IMG/VR virus record: IMGVR_UViG_3300028591_000119
Location: 58,279-122,278 of that record
DNA length: 64,000 bases
Origin: a virus
Taxonomy: Duplodnaviria; Caudoviricetes
Reading direction: 5' to 3' (one strand)
In this document: piece by piece, positions 50,724 through 59,892 of the stretch
Layout of the letters: every line of letters begins with the position of its first letter
Position numbering within the stretch: position 1 is the first letter of the stretch
Notes under the pieces: model-generated
The model's input: only the letters and a program-made list of their open reading frames with translations
Databases searched by the model: none
What the model was told of the DNA's origin: nothing
Position numbers and translations under genes: made by a program

Positions 50724-52235
50724 TTATCCTGCTACATCCGAATTCAATTTACCGTAAACCGTCCAAGTATTACTACCGAATACGAATGATACTAATTTTC
50801 TATGATATATATCCGCACTCACAGTTTCAGTTATACTATAAGAACTCTTAAATGTTTCAGATAATACATTTTCACTATCATTAAGATATGACAATATTGT
50901 CATCAAAACAAAGTGGAACTCTGCAACATCAGATTTTAAATTCTGACCATATATCGGTTGATAGTTAGGGAAACGTGCAGAAATAGGATTAATGATACCT
51001 GACTGAGAACTCTGCTCGATGGCAAGAATTGGTAAAATAAAATTTACATTCACGGAAGGAGTCCAACCCGCTCCAGGACCAATGTAAAAAATTTCTGTAG
51101 GAGAATATGCTGCGTCTGCTTCCGAAATGCTTTTTCCTAATGAAACTAATAAATTATTTAATTTTCTCAATGATAATGGATATACATCAACTAAACCATT
51201 ATCTTTAGTTTGAATCTGATTATCCCAAACTGGTACAATAAGAATAACGTTCTGACCGAACAAATCAGGATAAGTATAGTTAAGTGTACTCTCACCTAAA
51301 CCCAATCCTAACAAATATTGTTTAATCTGCTCTATCATTGTAGCAGATGTGAGCTGATTTGCTAATGAAGAGAAAACAAAGAACTGTTCTTGTACATAGT
51401 TATCGTTATTGATACGTTTTCTAATGCTTATAGATGAATACGTTTTATATTTACCTGTTTTAGAAATCTCAAATATTTTATTTACAATCTGAGAATCAAA
51501 TTCGGAATCATCTATTGTAGAATCATTATTTAAATCTTCATAGCGATATACAGCATATGAAATATTAGTACTTCTTTCAACCCAAGCGTCAGCATCAAAA
51601 TATGCTGTTACAGTAACAGCTTCACCGTTATTATCGTTATTCTTTACTGAGAATTTTACATAAGAAATACGACCTTCTTTTGTACTTGGGAATATCTGAA
51701 TGGAATGTTCTACATAATTAGTTATTCTATAAGGGTTACTGTTAGCTACACTTGAACCTGGCGCCATTTCTGACATAAATGCACAATCAGCAGCATTAAT
51801 ACAACTTTCAGGAGCATTACTCCACCTATTACCATTAGCTGAAGCTTGATTTGCATATAACCATTCAAGGATACAGAATATATCTGTCCATATTTTTTGT
51901 TTAACATCTGCTGAATCTAAATCTTGAGCAGAATAATCTACAGAATATTTTGTACTTGAGCCTGTCTCAACTAGGGCATTGTTAACAAGATTAGTTTTAT
52001 CGTCACCAATATTTAAGAATCCGTTATTTCCAGATTCATACATTGCTTCTTTTTGTAAATGTCTTACTTTAACAAAAGCTTTTTCGACTTCATTCATCGA
52101 GTATTTAAAGATAGGACCTTTAACTACTTCACCAACCGAGTTAACGTCGTATCCAAATGCAGCATTTGGATCTGAATTTAGAGGATAATCTTTACTTCCG
52201 CTTTTATAGTAAAACATCAATATATTTTGCATCAT
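50724..52235 (-). CDS. Putative tail/virion structural protein
   Basis: ATG 52235 has a GGAGG SD; the track's ATG 52286 overlaps promoter motif GACA-N6-TG (52284-52295). Confidence 0.6.
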   Translation of the reverse strand: MMQNILMFYYKSGSKDYPLNSDPNAAFGYDVNSVGEVVKGPIFKYSMNEVEKAFVKVRHLQKEAMYESGNNGFLNIGDDKTNLVNNALVETGSSTKYSVDYSAQDLDSADVKQKIWTDIFCILEWLYANQASANGNRWSNAPESCINAADCAFMSEMAPGSSVANSNPYRITNYVEHSIQIFPSTKEGRISYVKFSVKNNDNNGEAVTVTAYFDADAWVERSTNISYAVYRYEDLNNDSTIDDSEFDSQIVNKIFEISKTGKYKTYSSISIRKRINNDNYVQEQFFVFSSLANQLTSATMIEQIKQYLLGLGLGESTLNYTYPDLFGQNVILIVPVWDNQIQTKDNGLVDVYPLSLRKLNNLLVSLGKSISEADAAYSPTEIFYIGPGAGWTPSVNVNFILPILAIEQSSQSGIINPISARFPNYQPIYGQNLKSDVAEFHFVLMTILSYLNDSENVLSETFKSSYSITETVSADIYHRKLVSFVFGSNTWTVYGKLNSDVAG

Positions 52236-52361
52236 ATTTTCAATTCCTCCTAAGGAGTAAAATATATTATATAAAGTTTGATTCATTATGATGTCAAAAA
52301 GATAAAAAATAAAAAACCGAGCATTAAGCTCGGTTTTTTATTATCTGAAAAGGCAGATAGC

Positions 52362-53252
52362 TTATTCAGCAACGGTAACAGCTGCGTCACCATCACCGCG
52401 TTTAGCAGCAACAATAGCTTTTATACCAAAGAATACGCCAACTGCAACAGCACTTACACCAACTGTGATAGCAGTGCCTTTAAGAACTTTTCTTATATTC
52501 TTCTTTTTAGATCTGACTCTGGCTTTCAAATCAACGTCGATAACTTCAACGTTATTGAGGTCAAGATGCACTTTTTCCTTTTCATCTTCAGAAGATTCTG
52601 GAATTGGTGCGGCATGATCCTCAATTTCTGCTGTAGGTTCTGACCCAGCTGGAACTTCGATTACTGCAGGTTCTTCGATCTGTCCTTCAATTTCAATATT
52701 ACTCTTGTTCTTGTTTTTATTGAATGCCATGATTTTGTCTCCTTCTTCTACATTCATTTTCAACAGTTCATCGTCATTTGTATCCAATAGCTCATCTGTT
52801 GGCGTAATGACATCAATGAACGATTCGTTTATGATTTCTTGTCTAACCTTGATATACTTCAAATTAAGCACAACATTTTCTTTATACTTGATTCTTATAT
52901 TGTCATAAGGTCGATCGTTTTCATCTATAAACCAATCTTTTGGCCACCACCTATTAATTGGATTGAAATTTAATTCGATGATAGGCGAAGCCACAATCCA
53001 GTCGTCACTGAAATCTTCTCCAGTAACATCCATTGTAATACGGATAGGAATCACTGTATCTGATTCTGTTACGGTGTCGATATTCCGACATTTTTCCATA
53101 TTACCATCATCATGCATGTCACACATGTCATGCACTGCTGACACGTTCCATTCTTTCATATGTTCCAAAGCATCTTTTGAAAGATAACTGTCTTTGAAAC
53201 ACATCTGTTTACGCAATGGAACTATGACATAGGCATCATAGACTTTCTCCAT
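52362..53252 (-). CDS. Hypothetical protein with C-terminal TM anchor and possible internal start at 52730
   Basis: GAGGAG SD; GTAITVGVSAVAVGVFFGI; second SD GAAGGAG before in-frame ATG 52730. Confidence 0.65.
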   Translation of the reverse strand: MEKVYDAYVIVPLRKQMCFKDSYLSKDALEHMKEWNVSAVHDMCDMHDDGNMEKCRNIDTVTESDTVIPIRITMDVTGEDFSDDWIVASPIIELNFNPINRWWPKDWFIDENDRPYDNIRIKYKENVVLNLKYIKVRQEIINESFIDVITPTDELLDTNDDELLKMNVEEGDKIMAFNKNKNKSNIEIEGQIEEPAVIEVPAGSEPTAEIEDHAAPIPESSEDEKEKVHLDLNNVEVIDVDLKARVRSKKKNIRKVLKGTAITVGVSAVAVGVFFGIKAIVAAKRGDGDAAVTVAE

Positions 53253-53316
53253 ATTGCGCTCCTCATAAAAACTGGAGAACTACAAGGCTACTGTAATTTA
53301 TTCTCCAGCTTTCATT

Positions 53317-54546
53317 TTATTCTTCAGAATCAACGAGCTTCAATATAGCATTTACATCCAACGCATTTGCTGAATTTGCTTCTTTTATTGCCCGCTTATT
53401 TTCCTTAGCCAAAGCACTGTCATAAGATTGACCGATTTTTGACTTATCAGAACGTTCCTGTGCTTCTGACTTTCTACGAAGATCAGATACGACGTTCTGA
53501 CTTTCTTTGAGAGTTGGTTCAGGAACATTAAATCCTGAGTACATAACGAATCCGTATGCACTCAATGATTCTGACGAACTAGGATAAACTCCTTTAAAAG
53601 AGTTATCTGAGATTGTAATGCCAAGTGTTTTAGACATAGCATTTACAACTTTCACTTCATCCTCAGAGCATTCAAATGCTCCGCGGTTAACCAATTCGCC
53701 TTTCGGAAGTACAAATGGTGAGCTAAAAGCTCCATCTCTTAAACGTGCAAGTGCACGCATTTTTGGCGTACATGAAATGACGTATCTGTCCTCAAAGTCA
53801 AGGTTAGTATCGTTACCTAAGTATTCGATACACTCGTATCGATAAAGAAGTTCGGCTACTTCTTTATCCACAATAAGAGCTTTCTCTTCAGGAGTTGTTT
53901 TGTCTGTAACACCTTCGACAGCGTCAGCTGATGAAAGATCAGCAATATACAATGAGATACCTTTAGCATCTACGATGTTGCTGAATTCCTTAAGACATTC
54001 GGAGTAGTTTTCCCACTCTTCCTGTGCATTACTTAACGCAGGTTTAAACATGATTACCTCTACAGGTATCTTACGTTTAGCAATGCCTTTTATTCCTTCA
54101 GTGAAGGTTGGCTGCGACAAGATTGCTGATACAGTTGGACCTGCTCCTGAACCAAGTCCACCACCAGATGATACAAATACAAAGATCTTATCTGTTTTAG
54201 GATTGATCTTACTTTGTAATTCTGGCAACCATATGTTCATTCCCTGGATAGCATCGTTTTTTGCTTTATCACGGTTCTTTCCGCATCCAAACGAGCTATC
54301 ATTGATATTGATGTGATTTCTCACATCAACTAATTTTGCTGATGTGAGATCCGTCTTGTAGTTCATTACAAAACAATTTTCTGGGAGTACGAATGGTTTA
54401 TCGAGCATTGCTCGCATTCCATTATAACCTCCCTGACCAATCGAGATACAAGTGATTACTGGTTTGCGGGTCATTACGCGCTGACTTTCATCTATCTCAT
54501 ATTTTGGCCCTGAGATTGTGATAGGTGTATTCTGTTGTTCTGGCAT
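53317..54546 (-). CDS. Tubulin/FtsZ-family GTPase (PhuZ/TubZ-like)
   Basis: IGQGGYN, GCGKNR, signature GGGLGSG and T7-loop NLDFED. Confidence 0.9.
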   Translation of the reverse strand: MPEQQNTPITISGPKYEIDESQRVMTRKPVITCISIGQGGYNGMRAMLDKPFVLPENCFVMNYKTDLTSAKLVDVRNHININDSSFGCGKNRDKAKNDAIQGMNIWLPELQSKINPKTDKIFVFVSSGGGLGSGAGPTVSAILSQPTFTEGIKGIAKRKIPVEVIMFKPALSNAQEEWENYSECLKEFSNIVDAKGISLYIADLSSADAVEGVTDKTTPEEKALIVDKEVAELLYRYECIEYLGNDTNLDFEDRYVISCTPKMRALARLRDGAFSSPFVLPKGELVNRGAFECSEDEVKVVNAMSKTLGITISDNSFKGVYPSSSESLSAYGFVMYSGFNVPEPTLKESQNVVSDLRRKSEAQERSDKSKIGQSYDSALAKENKRAIKEANSANALDVNAILKLVDSEE

Positions 54547-54611
54547 TTATTTGCCCTCCTTATTATTATTCTAGTATAAGAATATATTAAAATAATACGG
54601 GTTAAATAAAA

Positions 54612-55151
54612 TTAATAAATGCTATAACCAAGCAATAAACCGATCCCTATACTTCCATCCGATTCAGTATTTGTAAATATAGAAGAATTAATACTTGCTC
54701 CTATGTGAAAGTTCCTGAAGATTCTATAATCTATCCCAATATTAACAAACATACCGAGATTCACAGTTGGACCTGTTATCAAAAACATAGTACACCTAGT
54801 GTCAACTTTTGTAAGTCTAGTTATATCTTTATCTAACGTTTCAATGACTTTTTCAGTATCTTCAAGTTTTTTATTAGCTTCATCTAATTTAGCTGTGACA
54901 TCATTTAACTTATTGGTATAATCTTTTCTTTCGTCATACATCTTATTATTCAATAATATTATCTCATCATCAGCATTGTTAACCAATTCAGCTAATTGCT
55001 TAATTAAAATTTGAGAATCTTTAATATTATTTGGAATTTCTCTAGAATATTCTTTTCCAGAAACTCTAATGATTATATTTTCAGAAAATAAAGCACTATT
55101 TATCAATAACGGTATAATCATTATTAACAACATGTTTTTGATTTTTGTCAT
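54612..55151 (-). CDS. Signal peptide + coiled coil + C-terminal amphipathic beta-strands; putative outer-membrane anchored (spanin-like) protein
   Basis: MTKIKNMLLIMIIPLLINSALFS; heptad region; four beta-strands ending IGIGLLLGYSIY. Confidence 0.55.
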   Translation of the reverse strand: MTKIKNMLLIMIIPLLINSALFSENIIIRVSGKEYSREIPNNIKDSQILIKQLAELVNNADDEIILLNNKMYDERKDYTNKLNDVTAKLDEANKKLEDTEKVIETLDKDITRLTKVDTRCTMFLITGPTVNLGMFVNIGIDYRIFRNFHIGASINSSIFTNTESDGSIGIGLLLGYSIY

Positions 55152-55524
55152 TATTCTTTCCTTTATAATTGTTCTGTTTATGTACATTATTTATTCTTTT
55201 ATGATTTCTTTCATTTCGTTTATCTACGTTTTTTTGCTCTGATGTAGATTTTTTAGGTTGAACAAGATGTGCTTTAGTTCTTTGATTAATAGCGTCACAC
55301 ATTTTCTCAACACGTTTACTACCAGTAATGATGTTTGTCATATCAGTAGTTAATTTGCTAATACTTTCAGTTAAACACTGATAAATAAAACAATTCGAAT
55401 TTCTTAGACCAAACATCAAAATCAAAGTCATCAAAGAAATAATAAAGGTTATTACCACCATAATCAAAATGAATGCCAATAGCGATTCTGCAGACAAATT
55501 TAAACAACTAATAAACTTATCCAT
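55096..55524 (-). CDS. Single-TM inner-membrane protein (holin or i-spanin-like candidate)
   Basis: LLAFILIMVVITFIISLMTLILMFGL; overlaps the downstream gene by 56 nt. Confidence 0.5.
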   Translation of the reverse strand: MDKFISCLNLSAESLLAFILIMVVITFIISLMTLILMFGLRNSNCFIYQCLTESISKLTTDMTNIITGSKRVEKMCDAINQRTKAHLVQPKKSTSEQKNVDKRNERNHKRINNVHKQNNYKGKNNDKNQKHVVNNDYTVIDK

Positions 55525-55592
55525 TTTATTCTCCTTAATAAAAAAATAAGGGAATCGAGATATCTCGATTCCCTATTAATTTGTAATCTTAT

Positions 55593-55754
55593 TTATGAAT
55601 TTTGTATAAGATCACAGCTAGATTCTGCTCCTCTTGCTCTAGGGTCATCGCCCTTGCCGTTTGCAAAATCTGGATTATTGTCAGAAACCATAGTTTTTTC
55701 TATAGTTCTAGATACAGGTTTTTCAAAAACTTCATCATTTTGCTTATCTTCCAT
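55593..55754 (-). CDS. 53-aa small ORF (MEDKQNDEVFEKPVS...)
   Basis: AAGGAG SD directly after the gyrA stop; terminator near 55549-55574. Confidence 0.55.
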   Translation of the reverse strand: MEDKQNDEVFEKPVSRTIEKTMVSDNNPDFANGKGDDPRARGAESSCDLIQNS

Positions 55755-55769
55755 GATTAGCTCCTTGAT

Positions 55770-58217
55770 CTACATAATTCCACCTGTTATAACTGTTAAG
55801 AAGATACGTTTAAAACTATAAGGTTTCTTAAAATTAGTAACGCTTAAAGTTGTTGTAGAAGATTTACCTATCATACATAACGCATCTTCTTTATTATTAA
55901 CCTTACCTATTATTAAAGAGGTAGCTTTTTGGTTTTTAGGTAAAGCTAACAGTTTAGGTTTATTTGTACGACCTGTTATTTTTAAAGATGATATCGGATA
56001 CGAATGTATGTATCCTTGTTCATCATTATCAATTGTACCTATAAAGAATCTACTTGTATCTGTTTCATCGTAATCCCCAATATCTATCAAATCCATATAG
56101 ATTTTCAAATCAGGATTAGATGATTTGTCGAATGCACATTTGACACCAGAAGCAACTCTTCCTAATAACGGAATATCATCAATAGGTACTACAGAATAAG
56201 TTGGCCCCTTCTCACTAGTGTCTCCTATCATCAAACAATCTATCTTTTCACTATTAGGGTCACTTCTAACTATATTTACGATGTTTCCACCTGAAGCTGA
56301 CGCTCGTTTAGAAACATCTTTAATCAATATACGTTTAATTTTAAAATCATCCGAAAGACACACTAGTTCATCTTCGTCCGAATAATATGGACAAGCAGCT
56401 GTGATGTATTTTGCTGAGTCTTTTTCATCACACTTTGTATCATACCACACGTTCGAAACTTTAAATACATTAGCATCTACTGACTGAATAGTAGCGTCGC
56501 TATAGCAAACTACAAAACCTTTAGGAGAACCATTTAATTCGATTCCTCCACAAACTTCACGAATTCCTTTACCATTTCCTTTATATGGTCTTAAACCATT
56601 TAACAAACCCTTAGAATTTCTTGAACCATTATGATCAAACAAACCTAAAGATAATTGAGAATACAGGAATACGCCTTTAGATATTTCAGGACGTCCAGAC
56701 ACAACATCTTTATAATCCATGATTATATCTGTTTTTCTAGGTCTTCCGTATTTATTAATTAATTCGTTTAATTCGGATATAATAGTATCATCGATATGTG
56801 TGAGAACATAATCGTCTTCTAACATATTCGAATGCAGTTTTTCAATTCTATTCTTTAAATCTGCCTCACCAAAACCACTCAATGTTCCTAAAGGCATTTC
56901 ATAAATACCTCTAGCTTGTGTCTTAGTTATATTAAAGTTCTTGTGAAGCTCTTCAATAATCTCTTCTTTATTAGTAGATTTAGATGAACTAATGAAATTC
57001 ACTACTTCTTTCTTTCGAGGATAAATACTTAAAATACCTTCATAAAGATGTAGTTTTTCTTGAGAAATACTGATATTTCTCTGGTGTCTTCGTCTAATAC
57101 AATCTACACGAACATTATACCAATCGCTGATAATATCCTTCACATCAACATATTTTGGATATCCATCTTTGTTAACCATGAAAGATAATTGTATAGAAGT
57201 TTTAAATTGAGATACTTTTCCCATTTCGTTAAGTATTTCAATCATATTAGCTTCTTTCTTACATGCATATTCGTGTGTTATTTTTTCAGCATTTTTCTTT
57301 TTCTTCTTAGTCTCATCTTCGTTATCATCATGATGATTGTTATCTTGATATGAAATGATTCCACTAAGAATCATGTTTCCACCTTTAATGGCTTGGTCAA
57401 TTGTATCTGTGATATTATCTATTTCTACACCATACGGAAATTCTGTAAGAATAATAGTATTAGTATTCGTGTCTAATGTAGCTTTACCTCTAACATTAAT
57501 TGTAACAGATTTTCCATTACTATCAAGTGCCATACCACCACGTTTGTAACAATCAGCTAATTCGTTGCCGTTAAGAATTTCTCCACCAGTTGGGAAATCA
57601 GGGAAGAAATCTTTAACCAACTCTTCATTAGTTACGTTTTTATTTTTAATAAAACGAATACAGCGGTTAGCAACATCAATTAAATTATGTGGAGGTATAT
57701 CAGTTTTATATCCTACTCCAATTCCTTGAACACCATTTACAAGAAGAAGTGGTATTTTGGTAGGTAAATATTTAGGAACAAGTGATTTATAATCGAAATT
57801 ATCTTCATAATCAACGACTACATCATCAAGTTCATTAAGTATAACATCCCTAGCAAATTGAGACAATTTACATTCGATGTATCGTCCTGCTGCTGCTACG
57901 GTTCCGTCTTGTCCCCCTTTATTACCTTGAATATCAACAAGAGGATAATTCATTTCCCAAGGCTGTGCCATTCTAACTAATGCAGCATATACACTAGAAT
58001 CACCGTGTGGGTGGAATTCCAATACTTCACCACAAGTCTTAGAAACTTTAGTCAAATCTATAATATTATGTTTCCACATACTATATAGAATTCGTCTATG
58101 GATGGGTTTAAATCCATCTTTATCTGAGGCAAACGCTCTATCAAACGTAGTTTTTGAATATATCAACGTGTTAGATTTAGCAGAATCCGCTAAATCTATT
58201 TCGGTAATTTGTTGCAC
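55770..58217 (-). CDS. gyrA: Type IIA topoisomerase subunit A (GyrA/ParC)
   Basis: DGFKPIHRRILYSM, HPHGDSSVY, catalytic AAGRYIE, LLVNG..GIGVG..T.IPPHN, PDFPTGG and degenerate C-terminal pinwheel repeats. Confidence 0.93.
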   Translation of the reverse strand: MQQITEIDLADSAKSNTLIYSKTTFDRAFASDKDGFKPIHRRILYSMWKHNIIDLTKVSKTCGEVLEFHPHGDSSVYAALVRMAQPWEMNYPLVDIQGNKGGQDGTVAAAGRYIECKLSQFARDVILNELDDVVVDYEDNFDYKSLVPKYLPTKIPLLLVNGVQGIGVGYKTDIPPHNLIDVANRCIRFIKNKNVTNEELVKDFFPDFPTGGEILNGNELADCYKRGGMALDSNGKSVTINVRGKATLDTNTNTIILTEFPYGVEIDNITDTIDQAIKGGNMILSGIISYQDNNHHDDNEDETKKKKKNAEKITHEYACKKEANMIEILNEMGKVSQFKTSIQLSFMVNKDGYPKYVDVKDIISDWYNVRVDCIRRRHQRNISISQEKLHLYEGILSIYPRKKEVVNFISSSKSTNKEEIIEELHKNFNITKTQARGIYEMPLGTLSGFGEADLKNRIEKLHSNMLEDDYVLTHIDDTIISELNELINKYGRPRKTDIIMDYKDVVSGRPEISKGVFLYSQLSLGLFDHNGSRNSKGLLNGLRPYKGNGKGIREVCGGIELNGSPKGFVVCYSDATIQSVDANVFKVSNVWYDTKCDEKDSAKYITAACPYYSDEDELVCLSDDFKIKRILIKDVSKRASASGGNIVNIVRSDPNSEKIDCLMIGDTSEKGPTYSVVPIDDIPLLGRVASGVKCAFDKSSNPDLKIYMDLIDIGDYDETDTSRFFIGTIDNDEQGYIHSYPISSLKITGRTNKPKLLALPKNQKATSLIIGKVNNKEDALCMIGKSSTTTLSVTNFKKPYSFKRIFLTVITGGIM

Positions 58218-58416
58218 GATTTTCTCCTTTTCTATTTATCATCAATATAACGTTTTCTAATTTATATTTTTATACTTGAAGATTTAACTTTATGATTAAC
58301 TATAATAGTCACTTCTTTTGTCATTATATTTTATACTCCTTTATTATAAATATAATATATCATCCATTTTATTATAAAAAATGTAAAACGAGGGAAAATC
58401 CCTCGTTTTATTTAAC

Positions 58417-58887
58417 TCATGGTTTTATAGTAGCAAATCGTTTAGTTAATAACTGTTTTTTCACATTATCATACATTATTATATACATTTTATATGTATA
58501 TTTTTTAAACATTGCTCCCACCATATTCGTGCTATTAAATCTGGCTACAGTTATACCATCTATTTCAAAAGTATTATGTTTACCAAAATATTTTGGATCT
58601 AATTTAATCAATTCTGTTTGACTTATTGATCGTACTACACCGCCAGATTCAGCAGCGGCTTTACGAACCGTTGCTAAAAATGATTTTACTTTATCGGATT
58701 TTTTAAGTTCAGCAATCGATTTAAATGTAAATCCGGTAGCTAAATCGCCTATATTAGATAATGTCGACGTTAGTGATCCAATTGCTATAGTGCTTTTTAT
58801 TCCTTCATTACTTTTTATTTCTTGTTTATTATCAGGTACAGTAATACTAATAGGACTAGTACCTTCTTGACTTATAGTTATTTTCAT
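58417..58887 (-). CDS. Putative internal head protein (N-terminus paralogous to 37879-38472)
   Basis: MKITISQEGTSPISITVPDNKQEIKSNEG. Confidence 0.6.
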   Translation of the reverse strand: MKITISQEGTSPISITVPDNKQEIKSNEGIKSTIAIGSLTSTLSNIGDLATGFTFKSIAELKKSDKVKSFLATVRKAAAESGGVVRSISQTELIKLDPKYFGKHNTFEIDGITVARFNSTNMVGAMFKKYTYKMYIIMYDNVKKQLLTKRFATIKP

Positions 58888-58935
58888 AATATTACCTCAT
58901 AATAAAGTCAACAAAAAAGAATATATCATAAAAAA

Positions 58936-58960
58936 ACTCCCTAGGAAATACCTAGGGAGT
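58936..58960 (-). terminator. Intrinsic terminator
   Basis: ACTCCCTAGG-AAATA-CCTAGGGAGT with A tract on the left; similar hairpins also near 30222, 35710, 40508, 41342, 42020, 44273, 45600, 47991, 49236, 49780, 52312 and 58386. Confidence 0.8.
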
Positions 58961-58968
58961 GGGAGTAA

Positions 58969-59232
58969 TCAATACGGATAATCATATTCTACTGGTTCTG
59001 CCACAACGATATGAATACTTCGATCTTCTTGCATCGACGCGTGTTCATGAATCTCTTCAAATCGTTTTATCAATTTTGCTTCAACGTGACGATCAGCCGC
59101 ATTTATCGCTTCATTATTTTGACTATCTGCAAACTCTTTCAATTTCAAAGCTTTTATAACTAAATACAATTCATCTGTTGTAATAGTCTCATCCATCGTA
59201 GCACCATTTTTATCAAAACTTATACCCATCAT
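58969..59232 (-). CDS. Small hypothetical protein
   Basis: 87 aa, AGGAG SD, coupled operon. Confidence 0.7.
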   Translation of the reverse strand: MMGISFDKNGATMDETITTDELYLVIKALKLKEFADSQNNEAINAADRHVEAKLIKRFEEIHEHASMQEDRSIHIVVAEPVEYDYPY

Positions 59233-59468
59233 TATAATTCTCCTTTCAAATATTTTTCATAATCCTTTTTAGAAAGTCTATCTTTAATAGCACTTAAAGG
59301 TTGTATTAATTCTACATTCGAGTCAGAATCATCGGGCATAGCTTCATCTGGGATAACATATGCCGTAACTCCTTTATTTGATTTAACGTTTGTTATACTT
59401 TGAAAACCAGTTGGTTTACATTTGCTAGCACCGGTAAGTACATTTTTAAGCGTTGGTTTATACTCCAT
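59232..59468 (-). CDS. Small hypothetical protein
   Basis: 78 aa, GGAGG SD. Confidence 0.7.
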   Translation of the reverse strand: MEYKPTLKNVLTGASKCKPTGFQSITNVKSNKGVTAYVIPDEAMPDDSDSNVELIQPLSAIKDRLSKKDYEKYLKGEL

Positions 59469-59784
59469 TTGTTCCTCCTAAATGTTTAACAATATTGGCA
59501 AATTTTACTCCATTCAACCACATGGTATAAATATAATTTTCATAATCGTCTAGATAAGACCATAACAATAATTTATATTCTTTGTTAGTCGAAACCATTT
59601 CTTTAAACGTAGTGGCGTCATCTGAATATATCATCAAATCTCCAATATCTTCTTTAACTGATAATTTTGATGGATCTTTTTTAGATTTACTAAAGATACC
59701 AATGATATCTCTATCATCAACCGCTTCTTCAAGTGTTTTTGGCGTCATAAAATGATTATATGACAATTTAATTGTATTCTTCAT
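59458..59784 (-). CDS. Small hypothetical protein
   Basis: 108 aa, AAGGAG SD, TATATTAT at 59803-59810. Confidence 0.7.
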   Translation of the reverse strand: MKNTIKLSYNHFMTPKTLEEAVDDRDIIGIFSKSKKDPSKLSVKEDIGDLMIYSDDATTFKEMVSTNKEYKLLLWSYLDDYENYIYTMWLNGVKFANIVKHLGGTNGV

Positions 59785-59892
59785 ATTTTACTCCTTACAA
59801 AAATAATATACAAATATACCACAATATAAAAAATAGCCACACTAAAAGCGCAGCTATTGCTTTTCGATACTTAGAACAAAATATTGTCAAAT

